A stretch of 64,000 nt of DNA from a virus (Duplodnaviria > Caudoviricetes), in IMG/VR virus record IMGVR_UViG_3300033486_000001, positions 11,317-75,316 of that record, one strand, 5' to 3'. Below, piece by piece: positions 29,415-39,167 of this stretch (position 1 is the stretch's first letter; each line of letters opens with the position of its first letter). The position numbers and the translations under genes were made by a program. The notes under the pieces are model-generated. The model saw only the letters and a program-made list of their open reading frames with translations. It searched no databases and was not told the DNA's origin.

Positions 29415-29631
29415 TTTTGACCTCCTGGACTTCTACTTGGTTGTATGGGGCGTGACACTCGTTACCGCTAGCAATCGACTCGTAGGTTTCCCACTCAACG
29501 TCTTCCGCGTCGTGCTCACCCCACACATTATATTTATCCCACGCCGCCGCCTTCGCCGAAGCTTTATTTTTCGCCTCTACCTTAAAAAGGAGTCGACCTG
29601 CGATAGGGATGGTCACGTAGTAAGTCTTCAT
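29404..29631 (-). CDS. hypothetical protein
   Basis: ORF packing. Confidence 0.55.
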   Translation of the reverse strand: MKTYYVTIPIAGRLLFKVEAKNKASAKAAAWDKYNVWGEHDAEDVEWETYESIASGNECHAPYNQVEVQEVKNGA

Positions 29632-30014
29632 GGAGTCCTCTTGATTGTTACTTTGGTATTTGGATTGAAACCAGCTAATGGATTCATATCAGACTTTGAA
29701 ACATCTTGCAAGCGTGTGCCACGATAAATCACTGTGCGAGCACGCTTGACCACCACCAACCACGCCTCGCCGAACAAATCCTGCACCGATCGCTCCAACC
29801 TGAATAGGAGCTGCGGTTTTTCGATATTCTTTTTTGGGGGCAAAGTCAATACGAACGTAATGGTCTGCTCGTCTTGGTCGACCACGATTTTGTGCTTGAC
29901 TGATTCCGGAAAAAACAACTTCGGCCACACGTTGATGGTCTTGAGTTGCCAATCCGCGATATGCAGGCCGGTGTTTGACAACAATCGCTGATGCTCGACA
30001 AGTTCTTGACTCAA
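29628..30014 (-). CDS. hypothetical protein
   Basis: ORF packing; ATGA overlaps. Confidence 0.55.
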   Translation of the reverse strand: MSQELVEHQRLLSNTGLHIADWQLKTINVWPKLFFPESVKHKIVVDQDEQTITFVLTLPPKKNIEKPQLLFRLERSVQDLFGEAWLVVVKRARTVIYRGTRLQDVSKSDMNPLAGFNPNTKVTIKRTP

Positions 30015-31009
30015 AGCAAACCTCCTAGTCGGTCCTGCACCATTTTCTCGAGAACTTCAGTTGAAGTCCCATGCTTTGCCTGGTACCCACCAACAAATGT
30101 CTTGATGGCAGCACCGATCCCCATGGACTCTCGTACTGCCGACTTCGCCGTGTTTACTGGAAAAGTTCTCACGCGACACCCACTCCACTTCGCACGTCGC
30201 TCTTGGATGAATTTGGCATCACCATGAATGTCGACGATGTAGCGCCACTTGGGATTGATTTCAAGTTGCAATGGATTCTCAATTCGGTCTTCGAATCGGA
30301 GGATCTTGTTACAAAACTGTTTGGTTTCTACGGATTTGATTACTTTGGCTCCCTTAGGTCCGAATTCAATTACGTTCACCGAGCGCTCGATGTTGGCGTC
30401 AGAGGCCGTGCGCCATCGTGGCGCTCCGGGGTAAAAAACGTCACAGCCGAACACTGCTAGGCCGTCAGAAACTTGGTCGAACCGGTATGGCGTATGCATG
30501 TGGCCGACGACAAAGCTTTTGTCCTGTACATCTTCCAACGAAGCAGCATCCGGAGCGTAAAAACCGTTGTCGTAGCGGGAACCTTGCACGGCTTGGTGTG
30601 CAACCACACACTTTGCGCTAGAACTTCGAACGGCACGCAAAAACGATTCGTTGTCGTGCGTATATGGCATGAACAACACGCCGTCTAGGTCCGTCGGCTT
30701 GTCTACCACTGTAATAGCATCGACGTGAGCCAACATCGAATGATTCGGACTAGAGCCCGCCGCCGCCAGATCGTGATTACCGACCAAAGCGATTACTGGG
30801 GTTGTATGGAGTGCAGCAAAAGCTTGTCGCCACCACGCCATCACTTCACAATTCACTAGCTTGTGGTTGTGATACTGATCGCCCAAGAAAATTACGGTGT
30901 CGACTTTTTCGTCGACAACGATCGGCAAAATACCGTCGATTAGAGCTTGGCAGTCGTCAAGTTCCCCTTCGACGGCATGCACGTCACCTATAACGAGAGA
31001 GCGCATCAT
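30011..31009 (-). CDS. sbcD: SbcD/Mre11/gp47-like nuclease
   Basis: VIGDVHA, FLGDQYH, VGNHD, AHQ, GHMH; partner SbcC nearby. Confidence 0.85.
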   Translation of the reverse strand: MMRSLVIGDVHAVEGELDDCQALIDGILPIVVDEKVDTVIFLGDQYHNHKLVNCEVMAWWRQAFAALHTTPVIALVGNHDLAAAGSSPNHSMLAHVDAITVVDKPTDLDGVLFMPYTHDNESFLRAVRSSSAKCVVAHQAVQGSRYDNGFYAPDAASLEDVQDKSFVVGHMHTPYRFDQVSDGLAVFGCDVFYPGAPRWRTASDANIERSVNVIEFGPKGAKVIKSVETKQFCNKILRFEDRIENPLQLEINPKWRYIVDIHGDAKFIQERRAKWSGCRVRTFPVNTAKSAVRESMGIGAAIKTFVGGYQAKHGTSTEVLEKMVQDRLGGLL

Positions 31010-31272
31010 TCCGCCTTCTTATACAAAGACATTTCGGCATAACGAATTTTCAATGAGCCTAACTCTACTAGAACTAGGTCTAGACTTTGTTCGGCCTTAA
31101 GGGCTCTGGACGTCCAGTCTAGCAAGACGCGCTCCATCTTTTGCTTAAACTCAGATGAACGCCTTTGCTCTTCATAGAGCTCCACCTCAAGTTCCTGGAA
31201 CTTCTGCTCCAGCCACGCAGAGTCTGTTCTCGCTTCACCTTCGCATGTTTCTCCTGCAGCGAGCGTGGTCAT
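31006..31272 (-). CDS. hypothetical coiled-coil protein
   Basis: ORF packing. Confidence 0.5.
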   Translation of the reverse strand: MTTLAAGETCEGEARTDSAWLEQKFQELEVELYEEQRRSSEFKQKMERVLLDWTSRALKAEQSLDLVLVELGSLKIRYAEMSLYKKAE

Positions 31273-31553
31273 TGTTTAGACCCAGCCTGCCCAAAGTAGT
31301 CCGAAACGTTTTGCGCCGCAACGCGGTTCGCCTCATCGGCGTTTGCCCTCATCAAGGTGTGCAACTGCGTAGCCTTTTGACACCAGTCGACAGGGCCGGC
31401 GTTTGCAGGAAGAGCCGATCGAACCAAATCGTCAAATTGTTTCGGAGAAGTACCGGTACTAAACAAGAGTGCTGTACGACGTATAGCGCAATACGTCTTT
31501 CGGTCAATGTCAATGGCGTTGTGGCCGGTCATTTTAACCCCTTGTCCGATCAA
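31269..31553 (-). CDS. hypothetical protein
   Basis: ORF packing. Confidence 0.5.
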   Translation of the reverse strand: MIGQGVKMTGHNAIDIDRKTYCAIRRTALLFSTGTSPKQFDDLVRSALPANAGPVDWCQKATQLHTLMRANADEANRVAAQNVSDYFGQAGSKQ

Positions 31554-31770
31554 TCAACTCGAGCAACTCTTCCTTGAGCATATCTACAGATACTCTGTCG
31601 TCACGACGATCAATTTCGAGCGAGTCAATTCGTTCAGTCAGAAGTCGGACGTGCGCCTTCGCTTCGTCAAGTTCAAGACGCAACATCTCGACTTCCGCCT
31701 CCATGCCGGAGACTTCCTTAAACGGAGGTGGCGGGTATGGCATCAACCTCGGAGGTGAAAATCGCATCAC
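31534..31770 (-). CDS. hypothetical coiled-coil protein
   Basis: ORF packing. Confidence 0.5.
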   Translation of the reverse strand: MMRFSPPRLMPYPPPPFKEVSGMEAEVEMLRLELDEAKAHVRLLTERIDSLEIDRRDDRVSVDMLKEELLELIDRTRG

Positions 31771-32222
31771 TTCGCCCCGATCGCGTCAGTGTAATTCCCG
31801 GATATGCTAGTCATACCATTGCCATCGACAAGAATCGCGGTAGGAACCAAGGTCATTCCACTGCCAGAAGTCTTGAGGGTCTGACGACTAGGAACGTTCA
31901 CATACAACTCCTCCACAAGCTGAATAAAATTCTTGGGGACCAGAATGAACGTCTTGTCGCCAATACTGTAGACGTCCTTGGCCCACTGCTGGGTGTACAA
32001 ATCTCCGCGCAACCACACCTTGACACCTGGAGCGTACTGCTCACAACCCTCTCCGGATGCAGGAAAGACCACTTCGAGTTGTTGCAGATCGATCTTGTTG
32101 GCGATTAGCACCATCCCTCCGACTACCTTCTTTTCGATGTGGCGGGCTGGGAATGGCGTACAAGCCACGAGGCCGTTGGTGGTAGAAATCGCAGACGTTT
32201 CATTTGTGGAACTGGTGGTCAT
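31767..32222 (-). CDS. GroES-like co-chaperonin
   Basis: IEKKVVGGMVLI (mobile loop, cf. EEKTAGGIIL), LEVVF, PGVKVWL, IGDKTFILVPKNFIQLVE (cf. DGEEYLILRESDILAV). Confidence 0.55.
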   Translation of the reverse strand: MTTSSTNETSAISTTNGLVACTPFPARHIEKKVVGGMVLIANKIDLQQLEVVFPASGEGCEQYAPGVKVWLRGDLYTQQWAKDVYSIGDKTFILVPKNFIQLVEELYVNVPSRQTLKTSGSGMTLVPTAILVDGNGMTSISGNYTDAIGAK

Positions 32223-33280
32223 GATAGCGTTATCCCTTTCAAGCGCAGCATCTTTTGCTCTACCACGGACAAACTCTTGAGTCCAGCATGAATTGTGGCC
32301 AGAGCCTGCGTCCGCTCGACAATCACGTCTGGACGGTGCTCTTCGTCATCCATGTAACACTCGAGAGTGGTATCGCCAGTCTCTTGGTCAACCGCGCAAT
32401 CACCTGAAACGTGGCTGGCTGCAGCAAGGAGGCCTTGGATTTCGGGGCCGGTCACATGGTATTTTTCCGGGATGTTTTCGTTGACGGCAGCTACAACCAG
32501 GTCGATATCGGCGTTCTTGTCGAGAAACCTGGAGGCCTTATGGGCACGATACACGCGTCGTGCGTCTACAGGCCATAGGTGCAAAAGTGTGGAATTGTAG
32601 GCCTCTATCCTATCTCCGCACATACGCCCGAGGGCGACGCTTCTGAATACTTTGTACGCGGCCAGTTCTTCCTCATTAGTCATGTTGTCGTGGGTATTGG
32701 GGTTAAATTTGTCAATCGCAACCTGTAACCCTATTGTATGGGTCTGTATTAGATCCAGGAACGACATGTGAGATCGAGGGGTTTGGTTCCAGAATGTGCG
32801 ACAATAGCTGATCGCCAAAGGCAGATTCATGGTCATGATTTCGACGCGCATTTTTTCGATTTCTCGGATGGTGGCGCGAATTTCAGGAGTCAATGTAGGT
32901 CCGGCGGAGTTCAACACCCACTTGGCAAATTGGTAATTCAGCTTGTATGGGTGCAGCCCAGCGCCATTCCGGTCCTTGAAGAGCTGCGAAATCTCAGCAG
33001 AAAAACGCTCTTGGCGCTCGCGGAAGAAGGGCCGACTCGAAAGAATATTCCGCTTCTCGGTGCAGATATATGTGATGAATGAGTCGTACACACTTGCACC
33101 GTAAACCTCCCACAATTGATCTTGAAGTTTCCGTTCAGAGGCGATAAGGGACTTCAACTGCCGACGCTGAGTGTGTAGGCGGTCGACTTCATCGGTTTTT
33201 GGGATTCGACCGATCGCTGCCGTCAAACTCTTGGCAAAGCTCTTAAAATAGACGTCGCTTGTGTCATAGCCACCAATCAT
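32219..33280 (-). CDS. RNA polymerase sigma-70 family factor
   Basis: Region 2 NLPLAISYCRTF..FLDLIQTHTIGLQVAIDKFNP; region 4 LKSLSVVEQKMLRL (appears truncated). Confidence 0.8.
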   Translation of the reverse strand: MIGGYDTSDVYFKSFAKSLTAAIGRIPKTDEVDRLHTQRRQLKSLIASERKLQDQLWEVYGASVYDSFITYICTEKRNILSSRPFFRERQERFSAEISQLFKDRNGAGLHPYKLNYQFAKWVLNSAGPTLTPEIRATIREIEKMRVEIMTMNLPLAISYCRTFWNQTPRSHMSFLDLIQTHTIGLQVAIDKFNPNTHDNMTNEEELAAYKVFRSVALGRMCGDRIEAYNSTLLHLWPVDARRVYRAHKASRFLDKNADIDLVVAAVNENIPEKYHVTGPEIQGLLAAASHVSGDCAVDQETGDTTLECYMDDEEHRPDVIVERTQALATIHAGLKSLSVVEQKMLRLKGITLS

Positions 33281-33314
33281 CTGTATTCTCGATTCTCTAT
33301 GCTACGTTATGACT

Positions 33315-34256
33315 CTAGTATACCACAAGCCATTCGAGAATCTTCTTGATGGTTCCAGCGCGATCTGCTTCGTACTCCGCCTCTGGGATTCTCAAGAGTT
33401 GAATGCCAGCTTCGGCGCATTGCTCGTTTTTACGTCGGTCTTTATCTTCGCTGCCCGGCAGTGAGTGCCAATATACCCCGTCGTACTCAATGGCTTTTTT
33501 GAGAGATGGGATGTAGATGTCGAGTTCAAGACGTTTGTAGCGTAAAACGCTTCTGACTCCACTGACCGCATCCGTATATTTTTCTTTGATGTCACTGAAG
33601 ATGGCTAACTCGGCCTTGGAGTGACGATGGGTGCAACGGGAACAACCTTGCGGCTTACCCGGCTTAGTCCTGTTATTCGGAGACGAAAACCATACGTGCC
33701 CTTTCGAACAAATCCACTTTCGCTTTTCTTTGGCTCCATAGGGGGTGTCGCAGAACCTCTCTTCGTTGTCTGGATGCCACTCTTTCTCTAGATGGGGAGC
33801 TTTTGTCGCCAACGAATTCGCGGCGGAGACTCGATGTCCGCTACATTCCGGACAACCACTACGGCTCTTTCCAGCTCTAGTACAGGGGACTGCCCACCAT
33901 ACGTGCCCTTTAGAGCACACCCACTCTCGCTTGGGCCACGAAGCTCTGGCAAACACGCCATCAAACGGCTCTGTATTGTTCGGTCCCCATTCCGACCTAA
34001 GCCAAGGGGCTTTTGTCGCCAAAGAGCGTTCGATTGGTACGATCTTAAAACACTCGCTACATCCAGTGCCTCTGTCACGTCTAATCCGTTTACGTACAGT
34101 TGCCTCCCATTTATGACCTAGAGGGCATATCCACAAACACTTCTCTTTGTAGACGAGTGTCACATCATCAAAACTGACAGTATTCTCCGGGCTCCACTCG
34201 GATCTCAAGTGGGGTGCCTTGATAGCCAACGAATTTGGTTTGCGGCCCGCCATCAC
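33315..34256 (-). CDS. tandem zinc-ribbon (3 repeats) + PD-(D/E)XK/DUF559-like endonuclease
   Basis: Repeats NSL..KAP.L..EW..N...W.C..GH.W.....R....GC..C; C-terminal SKAE..ELDIYIPSLKKAIEYDGVYWH. Confidence 0.8.
   Translation of the reverse strand: MMAGRKPNSLAIKAPHLRSEWSPENTVSFDDVTLVYKEKCLWICPLGHKWEATVRKRIRRDRGTGCSECFKIVPIERSLATKAPWLRSEWGPNNTEPFDGVFARASWPKREWVCSKGHVWWAVPCTRAGKSRSGCPECSGHRVSAANSLATKAPHLEKEWHPDNEERFCDTPYGAKEKRKWICSKGHVWFSSPNNRTKPGKPQGCSRCTHRHSKAELAIFSDIKEKYTDAVSGVRSVLRYKRLELDIYIPSLKKAIEYDGVYWHSLPGSEDKDRRKNEQCAEAGIQLLRIPEAEYEADRAGTIKKILEWLVVY
33317..33326 (-). promoter_or_regulatory. extended -10 motif GTGGTATACT
   Basis: Upstream of the sigma-factor gene, embedded in the last codons of the nuclease gene. 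Confidence 0.55.
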
Positions 34257-34441
34257 ACCGGCTCGAGTTCATCCCAACAAAACATACTGGTATTATCCCC
34301 GTCCGGCAGAGTGCACTTAACGATGCACGGGTATTCGTACCCGTAAGCGAAGTCGATAATGACCCCGACGACCCCGTAAAAAATCCCACCTTCACCGGTA
34401 TAGTTGATTCGGACTTTCGTGCCTATGTTAAGATTTTCCAT
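34253..34441 (-). CDS. small hypothetical protein (SH3-like beta fold?)
   Basis: ORF packing. Confidence 0.5.
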   Translation of the reverse strand: MENLNIGTKVRINYTGEGGIFYGVVGVIIDFAYGYEYPCIVKCTLPDGDNTSMFCWDELEPV

Positions 34442-34448
34442 GGTGGGC

Positions 34449-34811
34449 TCAATGTCCGAAGTTGCATCCGACCGCGTAGGTCTTATCGTCTGGGGCTACC
34501 ACCACCCGGTCCCAGCTTCCGCAACATCCATTCCTACGAGCCTTAACGTAAACTTCCGCCTGCTTGGGATTACCCAACTCGGCCCAGCGGTAATTATCTA
34601 CGCAATCCTCGTCCTCCATCTCGAGTTCGATGTAATTCTTCAGCCAATTGGCGATGTGCTGTTCCGGGGTAGCCGAGTACTGTTTAGTTTTCATGATGTC
34701 CATGTATCTCATTTTTGATTCACTGTCAAGTGCCGAAACACCTTCACTTGCTACGCGTTTGAAGGCATTCTGTCTCCCACGACCTCTTGAACTCATCTGC
34801 CGTTGCATCAA
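34449..34811 (-). CDS. hypothetical protein
   Basis: ORF packing; start uncertain. Confidence 0.45.
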   Translation of the reverse strand: MMQRQMSSRGRGRQNAFKRVASEGVSALDSESKMRYMDIMKTKQYSATPEQHIANWLKNYIELEMEDEDCVDNYRWAELGNPKQAEVYVKARRNGCCGSWDRVVVAPDDKTYAVGCNFGH

Positions 34812-34838
34812 CGGCTAGGGGGTTTTCTGGAGTCTCTC

Positions 34839-35234
34839 TCACTTGACCGACTCCTTGAATTCCTTCACGGTCATCTTGCCATACCCACCCAAACGAATAT
34901 ACAATTTCGTGGCCAGCGCTGTGTTCGGATTGTCTAGCACGAGCTCACGGATGTACTTGAGCGGATCAGGAGCGAGAATGTCCAATGCTTCTTCTGGTGA
35001 ATGAACGTTGGCCGCTACGGCTTCTCGGATCCGAAATTGGGGATGCCGAGCCCACCTTAACAACTTTTCTGGATCTGTCGATGAATCCACCGCCTCCACC
35101 GCCGCGACTTCATCTTCGTACAGATCCATCCATAAATTGACTGGAACTAATTGATAACGATACAAATAATCATTCTGAATGGTTTTGGGGAGCTTATCGA
35201 ATCTGTAGGGTCTTGTGACTCTTGTGCCGCTCAT
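34839..35234 (-). CDS. LRV/HEAT-like repeat protein, shared C-terminal tag family
   Basis: STDPEKL..RIREAVAAN..LVLDNPNT..GYGKMTVKEFKESVK. Confidence 0.7.
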   Translation of the reverse strand: MSGTRVTRPYRFDKLPKTIQNDYLYRYQLVPVNLWMDLYEDEVAAVEAVDSSTDPEKLLRWARHPQFRIREAVAANVHSPEEALDILAPDPLKYIRELVLDNPNTALATKLYIRLGGYGKMTVKEFKESVK

Positions 35235-35464
35235 AGCTTCACCGTTTTCTCTGATGGGACTCTCCACTCCACCAAGCCGCCCCCGCTAGGAGCCCACCGA
35301 GATTCAATCAAGCCAGCCTTCATAGCCGCCACCAAGAATCTCCACATGCGCGCCTTAGTGGCAGGACGCCAAGGTTCGGTTTCGGCGAGAACCCATAGTT
35401 GCTCGTACGTCAACCAAGGGAGACCGGCCATCCATTTGATACGTATGTCGTTGGAGTTGATCAT
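35231..35464 (-). CDS. hypothetical protein
   Basis: ORF packing. Confidence 0.5.
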   Translation of the reverse strand: MINSNDIRIKWMAGLPWLTYEQLWVLAETEPWRPATKARMWRFLVAAMKAGLIESRWAPSGGGLVEWRVPSEKTVKL

Positions 35465-35498
35465 AGTTTACTCCCCTTGCCCGAGATCCGAGAAAACG

Positions 35499-36635
35499 TC
35501 AAGGGGTTTGTAGCCACTCCAAGATTTTCTTGATGGTGCCATCCCGGTCGGCTTCGTATTCGGCTTCTGGGATTCTGAGGAGCTGGATTCCGACTTCGAT
35601 ACACTGTTCATTTTTATGGAGATCTGCACCCACTTTGTCGGGTAGCGAGTGCCAATACGTCCCGTCATACTCTATGGCTTTACGAAGTGATGGCACGTAA
35701 ATATCGAGCTCTAACCTTGTAGAGCGGAGTAGTCTACGTGCCCCATTGATTGTGTCGGGATACCTCTCTAAAACCAATTCGTATATGTCGAGTTCGGCCT
35801 TGGAGTGCTGTTTAGTACAACTTGGGCAGTTGCAACCCCTAGCTCTAGTTTTGGGAGACGTCTCCCATTCGTGTCCATAACGACAAATCCACCAAACTTC
35901 AATGTCCATTCCAATCGACAAAGACTCGAAGCTTCGTGTATTTTTGGTGGGGTGAAATTCAGATCTTAAGTTTGGGAACAGTACGGACAATGAGTTATTG
36001 TCTGTGACCCTCTTGCCGGTGCAAAAAGGACAACCGAGGCCCATTAAAGAGCGATGGTCGATGCTGTCGCTCCACGAATGGCCTTGGTCGCAAATCCACC
36101 AAACTTTCTTATTGGATGCAAAAGCTACTTGACTTGGAGAGAGTTTGTTTTTGGCCGAGTCCCATTGTATTGCGAGTCGAGGGTTTTTGGAACTGAGGGA
36201 GTTAAGATCCGATACGCGATTATGAGAACAGTAAGGGCACCCCTGCCCCAATGTTCTAGACGCCACTCTAGACTGCCACTCGTGTCCTAGTCGGCACATC
36301 CACCACACTTTTCTTCCAGAAGAAACCGTTAAAGACTCAAGTGGTGTCGAATTTTTAGGGGAGTATTCTCCCCGGAACTGAGGAAAAAGAACAGACAGAG
36401 AGTTCTTGTCGGTTACAAGTCGACCAGAACAATAGGGGCATCCGGTCGGATTTTTTGCTTTTGCTCTATTCTTTACAACAGACTCCCATTCATGTCCTTT
36501 ACTACAGATCCACCAAGCCAGCCTCTCCGAGCCGGCGCTATAGAAAGAGAAAGGGAGCACATTCTTAGTAGGATGAAATTCTGCACTCAACCAAGGAGCG
36601 ACAGAGGATAATGAGTTTGTAGGTAATTTGTCCAT
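35499..36635 (-). CDS. tandem zinc-ribbon (4 repeats) + PD-(D/E)XK/DUF559-like endonuclease
   Basis: Four NSL...WWIC..GH.W...GCP.C repeats; ELDIYVPSLRKAIEYDGTYWH. Confidence 0.8.
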   Translation of the reverse strand: MDKLPTNSLSSVAPWLSAEFHPTKNVLPFSFYSAGSERLAWWICSKGHEWESVVKNRAKAKNPTGCPYCSGRLVTDKNSLSVLFPQFRGEYSPKNSTPLESLTVSSGRKVWWMCRLGHEWQSRVASRTLGQGCPYCSHNRVSDLNSLSSKNPRLAIQWDSAKNKLSPSQVAFASNKKVWWICDQGHSWSDSIDHRSLMGLGCPFCTGKRVTDNNSLSVLFPNLRSEFHPTKNTRSFESLSIGMDIEVWWICRYGHEWETSPKTRARGCNCPSCTKQHSKAELDIYELVLERYPDTINGARRLLRSTRLELDIYVPSLRKAIEYDGTYWHSLPDKVGADLHKNEQCIEVGIQLLRIPEAEYEADRDGTIKKILEWLQTP

Positions 36636-36671
36636 ATCAAAACGCCTATCACTTACTCAATCTAAAGTCAA

Positions 36672-38156
36672 CTACATTTTGACGATTTTCACCGGTCCAT
36701 AAATGTCCTCAAAAATCCGCTTGCGAGCCAACGCGTGTGCGTGCACCGTACGGATGTTGGTCACGTCAAAGTCGATTATGTTGCAGGAAGTCTTGTTGAG
36801 AGGTTTGAAGGGGCGTGTGCAACGACCTACACCTTGGCGAACCTCCACTTCGGATTTGCCGCCTCGAAGGTAAAACATTGTCTTAACTGACTTGAAATCG
36901 GTGCCCGTCGCCACACACGATGTAGCCACAAGTATGGGGAATTCCGACGCATTAAATTGCTTGACAAGCAAATCGTTGTCACACTCATGGTACTTTTCCG
37001 GGACTTTCGACTTGTTATCGGCCAGAGGCCCGTGAGCGAAACGGCATTCGTGCTGAAAATGCGGAAGCAACTCGGCAAACTGAGAGACCTCGTCAACCAG
37101 TATCAAAACCTGATGTCCTGACACAGCAACACTCTGGTTGGCAATGACTGCGGCGCGCTTGAAAACTTCTGGGTTGTAAAAGAAATGCTTGCGGGTCATC
37201 TCGTTCGGATCGGCACTCTCAAACTCGACGTGTGACTGTACAGGAACCATGAAGAATACAGGTTTGGCGAGGTAGCCGCCGTCGACACCTTGACGTACAG
37301 TCAGTTCCAGAACGGTATGTCCGGTGAGAGAATCTAGGAGTTTTCCAGATCCGTCCCCACGAATTTGCGTGGCACTGAAATTGAATCGATAAGGCGCGTT
37401 CGCCATGACCCCAAGAGCTACATGACAGAAAGTCTGTGCAGCAATTGTATGCGACTCGTCTGTAATAAAAACCTCACACTTGGAAAGATCTTCCCATTCC
37501 TTCGAACCGACCTCAGCCCGAGTTAGAGACTGCCCAGTTCCGATTACGAACAACTTGTTGGACTCTTTTTTGCCTCCGTAGAATTTCCCAACGTACTTCT
37601 TGCCAAAGTGCTTGACGAAGTCCTCGTAGAGTTGCCCGGAAATGCTGGCAGAAGGTGCCATGATGACTGTCTTAAGCCCTAATGCTTTTGCAAGAAGTAG
37701 TACAATGTACGACTTGCCCGTACCCGTAGCTAATTCAACCCTCGCGTGCTTCGCTTCCAACAGCCGATCTCGCGCTTCGATTTGGTACGGATATGGCGTC
37801 CGGTCTGGCACCACAGCCCACGGGATGTTTTTGGGTTCCGGGTAAACCACCTTGTTGGTTACCGTGCAGCCGTATTTCGATTTTAAGGCCTCTAGCAGCC
37901 CGCTGTTGACGTAATGACGTCCGGACCCATCTCGGCTTAGGAGGCACACCTTCTGACTCGCCTGAAGCTCAGCCAGGCGGCTTGCGTACGCTTCCGGTCC
38001 GAACTTGTTGGCGTACCACGTCGCGTGCTGGAACTTCTTGAGTTCAAAAGCCACTGAAGTGTCGGTGTATGTAAGTTCCTCTTGAAGGGACTTCAGCTCC
38101 GACGGAGTCGCGTCGTCGACGTACAGCTTCGTGGGGGTTTCTAGGGTCAGTTTCAT
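36672..38156 (-). CDS. SF2 DExH helicase (UvsW-like)
   Basis: LATGTGKS, ITDESH, FSAT, QGVGRCTR; start MKLTL at 38156. Confidence 0.88.
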   Translation of the reverse strand: MKLTLETPTKLYVDDATPSELKSLQEELTYTDTSVAFELKKFQHATWYANKFGPEAYASRLAELQASQKVCLLSRDGSGRHYVNSGLLEALKSKYGCTVTNKVVYPEPKNIPWAVVPDRTPYPYQIEARDRLLEAKHARVELATGTGKSYIVLLLAKALGLKTVIMAPSASISGQLYEDFVKHFGKKYVGKFYGGKKESNKLFVIGTGQSLTRAEVGSKEWEDLSKCEVFITDESHTIAAQTFCHVALGVMANAPYRFNFSATQIRGDGSGKLLDSLTGHTVLELTVRQGVDGGYLAKPVFFMVPVQSHVEFESADPNEMTRKHFFYNPEVFKRAAVIANQSVAVSGHQVLILVDEVSQFAELLPHFQHECRFAHGPLADNKSKVPEKYHECDNDLLVKQFNASEFPILVATSCVATGTDFKSVKTMFYLRGGKSEVEVRQGVGRCTRPFKPLNKTSCNIIDFDVTNIRTVHAHALARKRIFEDIYGPVKIVKM

Positions 38157-38425
38157 TGCATAGCCTCCACAAAGTCGCCGAACGTCATACCGCTGTGTTC
38201 CGAATAGGTAGCGATCCATACCTTGAGGACACTCTTGATGTCAAATCCTTGCCAATCCGGAGAGTTGAGGAGCTCAATAAACTCGGATTCTCTGTGGAGA
38301 TCAAGGTTTTTAGCGTCTTCCGGTGTCATATCAAACAACCTCATAAAACAATGGCCGCTACAACACTTCGGAAGACTCTCGGCGTAAATAGCCAACGTGT
38401 TCGCCATATCGTAAAACGGGATCAT
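38153..38425 (-). CDS. hypothetical protein
   Basis: ORF packing; ATGA overlaps. Confidence 0.55.
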   Translation of the reverse strand: MIPFYDMANTLAIYAESLPKCCSGHCFMRLFDMTPEDAKNLDLHRESEFIELLNSPDWQGFDIKSVLKVWIATYSEHSGMTFGDFVEAMQ

Positions 38426-38994
38426 AGCAATCCAAACGCGTAGTTCTGAACAGCCAAAAGGCGTTCAGCAGGGGAACCACACAAATCGATGACCTTGAAC
38501 GGCGGGAGGCTCGACAGGAGAGCTGGGATTTGCTGCTGCACCAGGTCGGACTGAGCTTGAGAGTGAATCCGGTTCGGATCGGCGACGCCATTCCGTCGCA
38601 CAATCGGAGCCGCCAAAAAAGTCGCCGAAGTGATTTTAAGGGACCTGCGGATGTACTCTTGCACCTCCGACGCCGTACGAGTCTTGGTACCCATGTACAA
38701 CAGCGAATTGATGGGGCTGGAGTCCGAGATTACCAGAACATCGCAGCCGCAACTAGTCACGAGAGCCTCATCGACCTCGAGCTGCTGAACCATGATTTTG
38801 ACCTGATCCTTGTCCGTGAGGGTTGGGAACTGATTTGGGGAAAGCTTAAGTTGCACTTTCTTGCGTGCGATGTAAAGCCTGGCTTGCTCAGAACTGAGCT
38901 CGCAGCCGATGCCAGTTTCCTTGAGGCTCGAAAAGAGCATCGCCGCAGTGGTGGTTTTGCCGGAGGCAGGACATCCGATGAAATTGATGAGCAT
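38422..38994 (-). CDS. P-loop nucleotide kinase (AAA_28/NadR-like)
   Basis: MLINFIGCPASGKTT, EQAR, VISDSSPI, RIHS; start 38994 directly after promoter motif at 39001-39010. Confidence 0.75.
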   Translation of the reverse strand: MLINFIGCPASGKTTTAAMLFSSLKETGIGCELSSEQARLYIARKKVQLKLSPNQFPTLTDKDQVKIMVQQLEVDEALVTSCGCDVLVISDSSPINSLLYMGTKTRTASEVQEYIRRSLKITSATFLAAPIVRRNGVADPNRIHSQAQSDLVQQQIPALLSSLPPFKVIDLCGSPAERLLAVQNYAFGLL

Positions 38995-39000
38995 CCGACA

Positions 39001-39010
39001 ATGATACCAC
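39001..39010 (-). promoter_or_regulatory. extended -10 motif GTGGTATCAT
   Basis: 6 nt before ATG 38994; TTGGAT at 17-nt spacing. Confidence 0.55.
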
Positions 39011-39167
39011 GTCTTGAGGTAAAATCCAACCTGCTCGTTTAGAGGAACTTCGCTTGCTCTGAGGCTCTGAATCGTGTATTGAGGTTTCACGCGAATTCTT
39101 GTTGTATTTGAGACTCGTCTTCGTTGTCTTAAGGAACTGTTCAATGTCTTACATCATCCCACAATAC

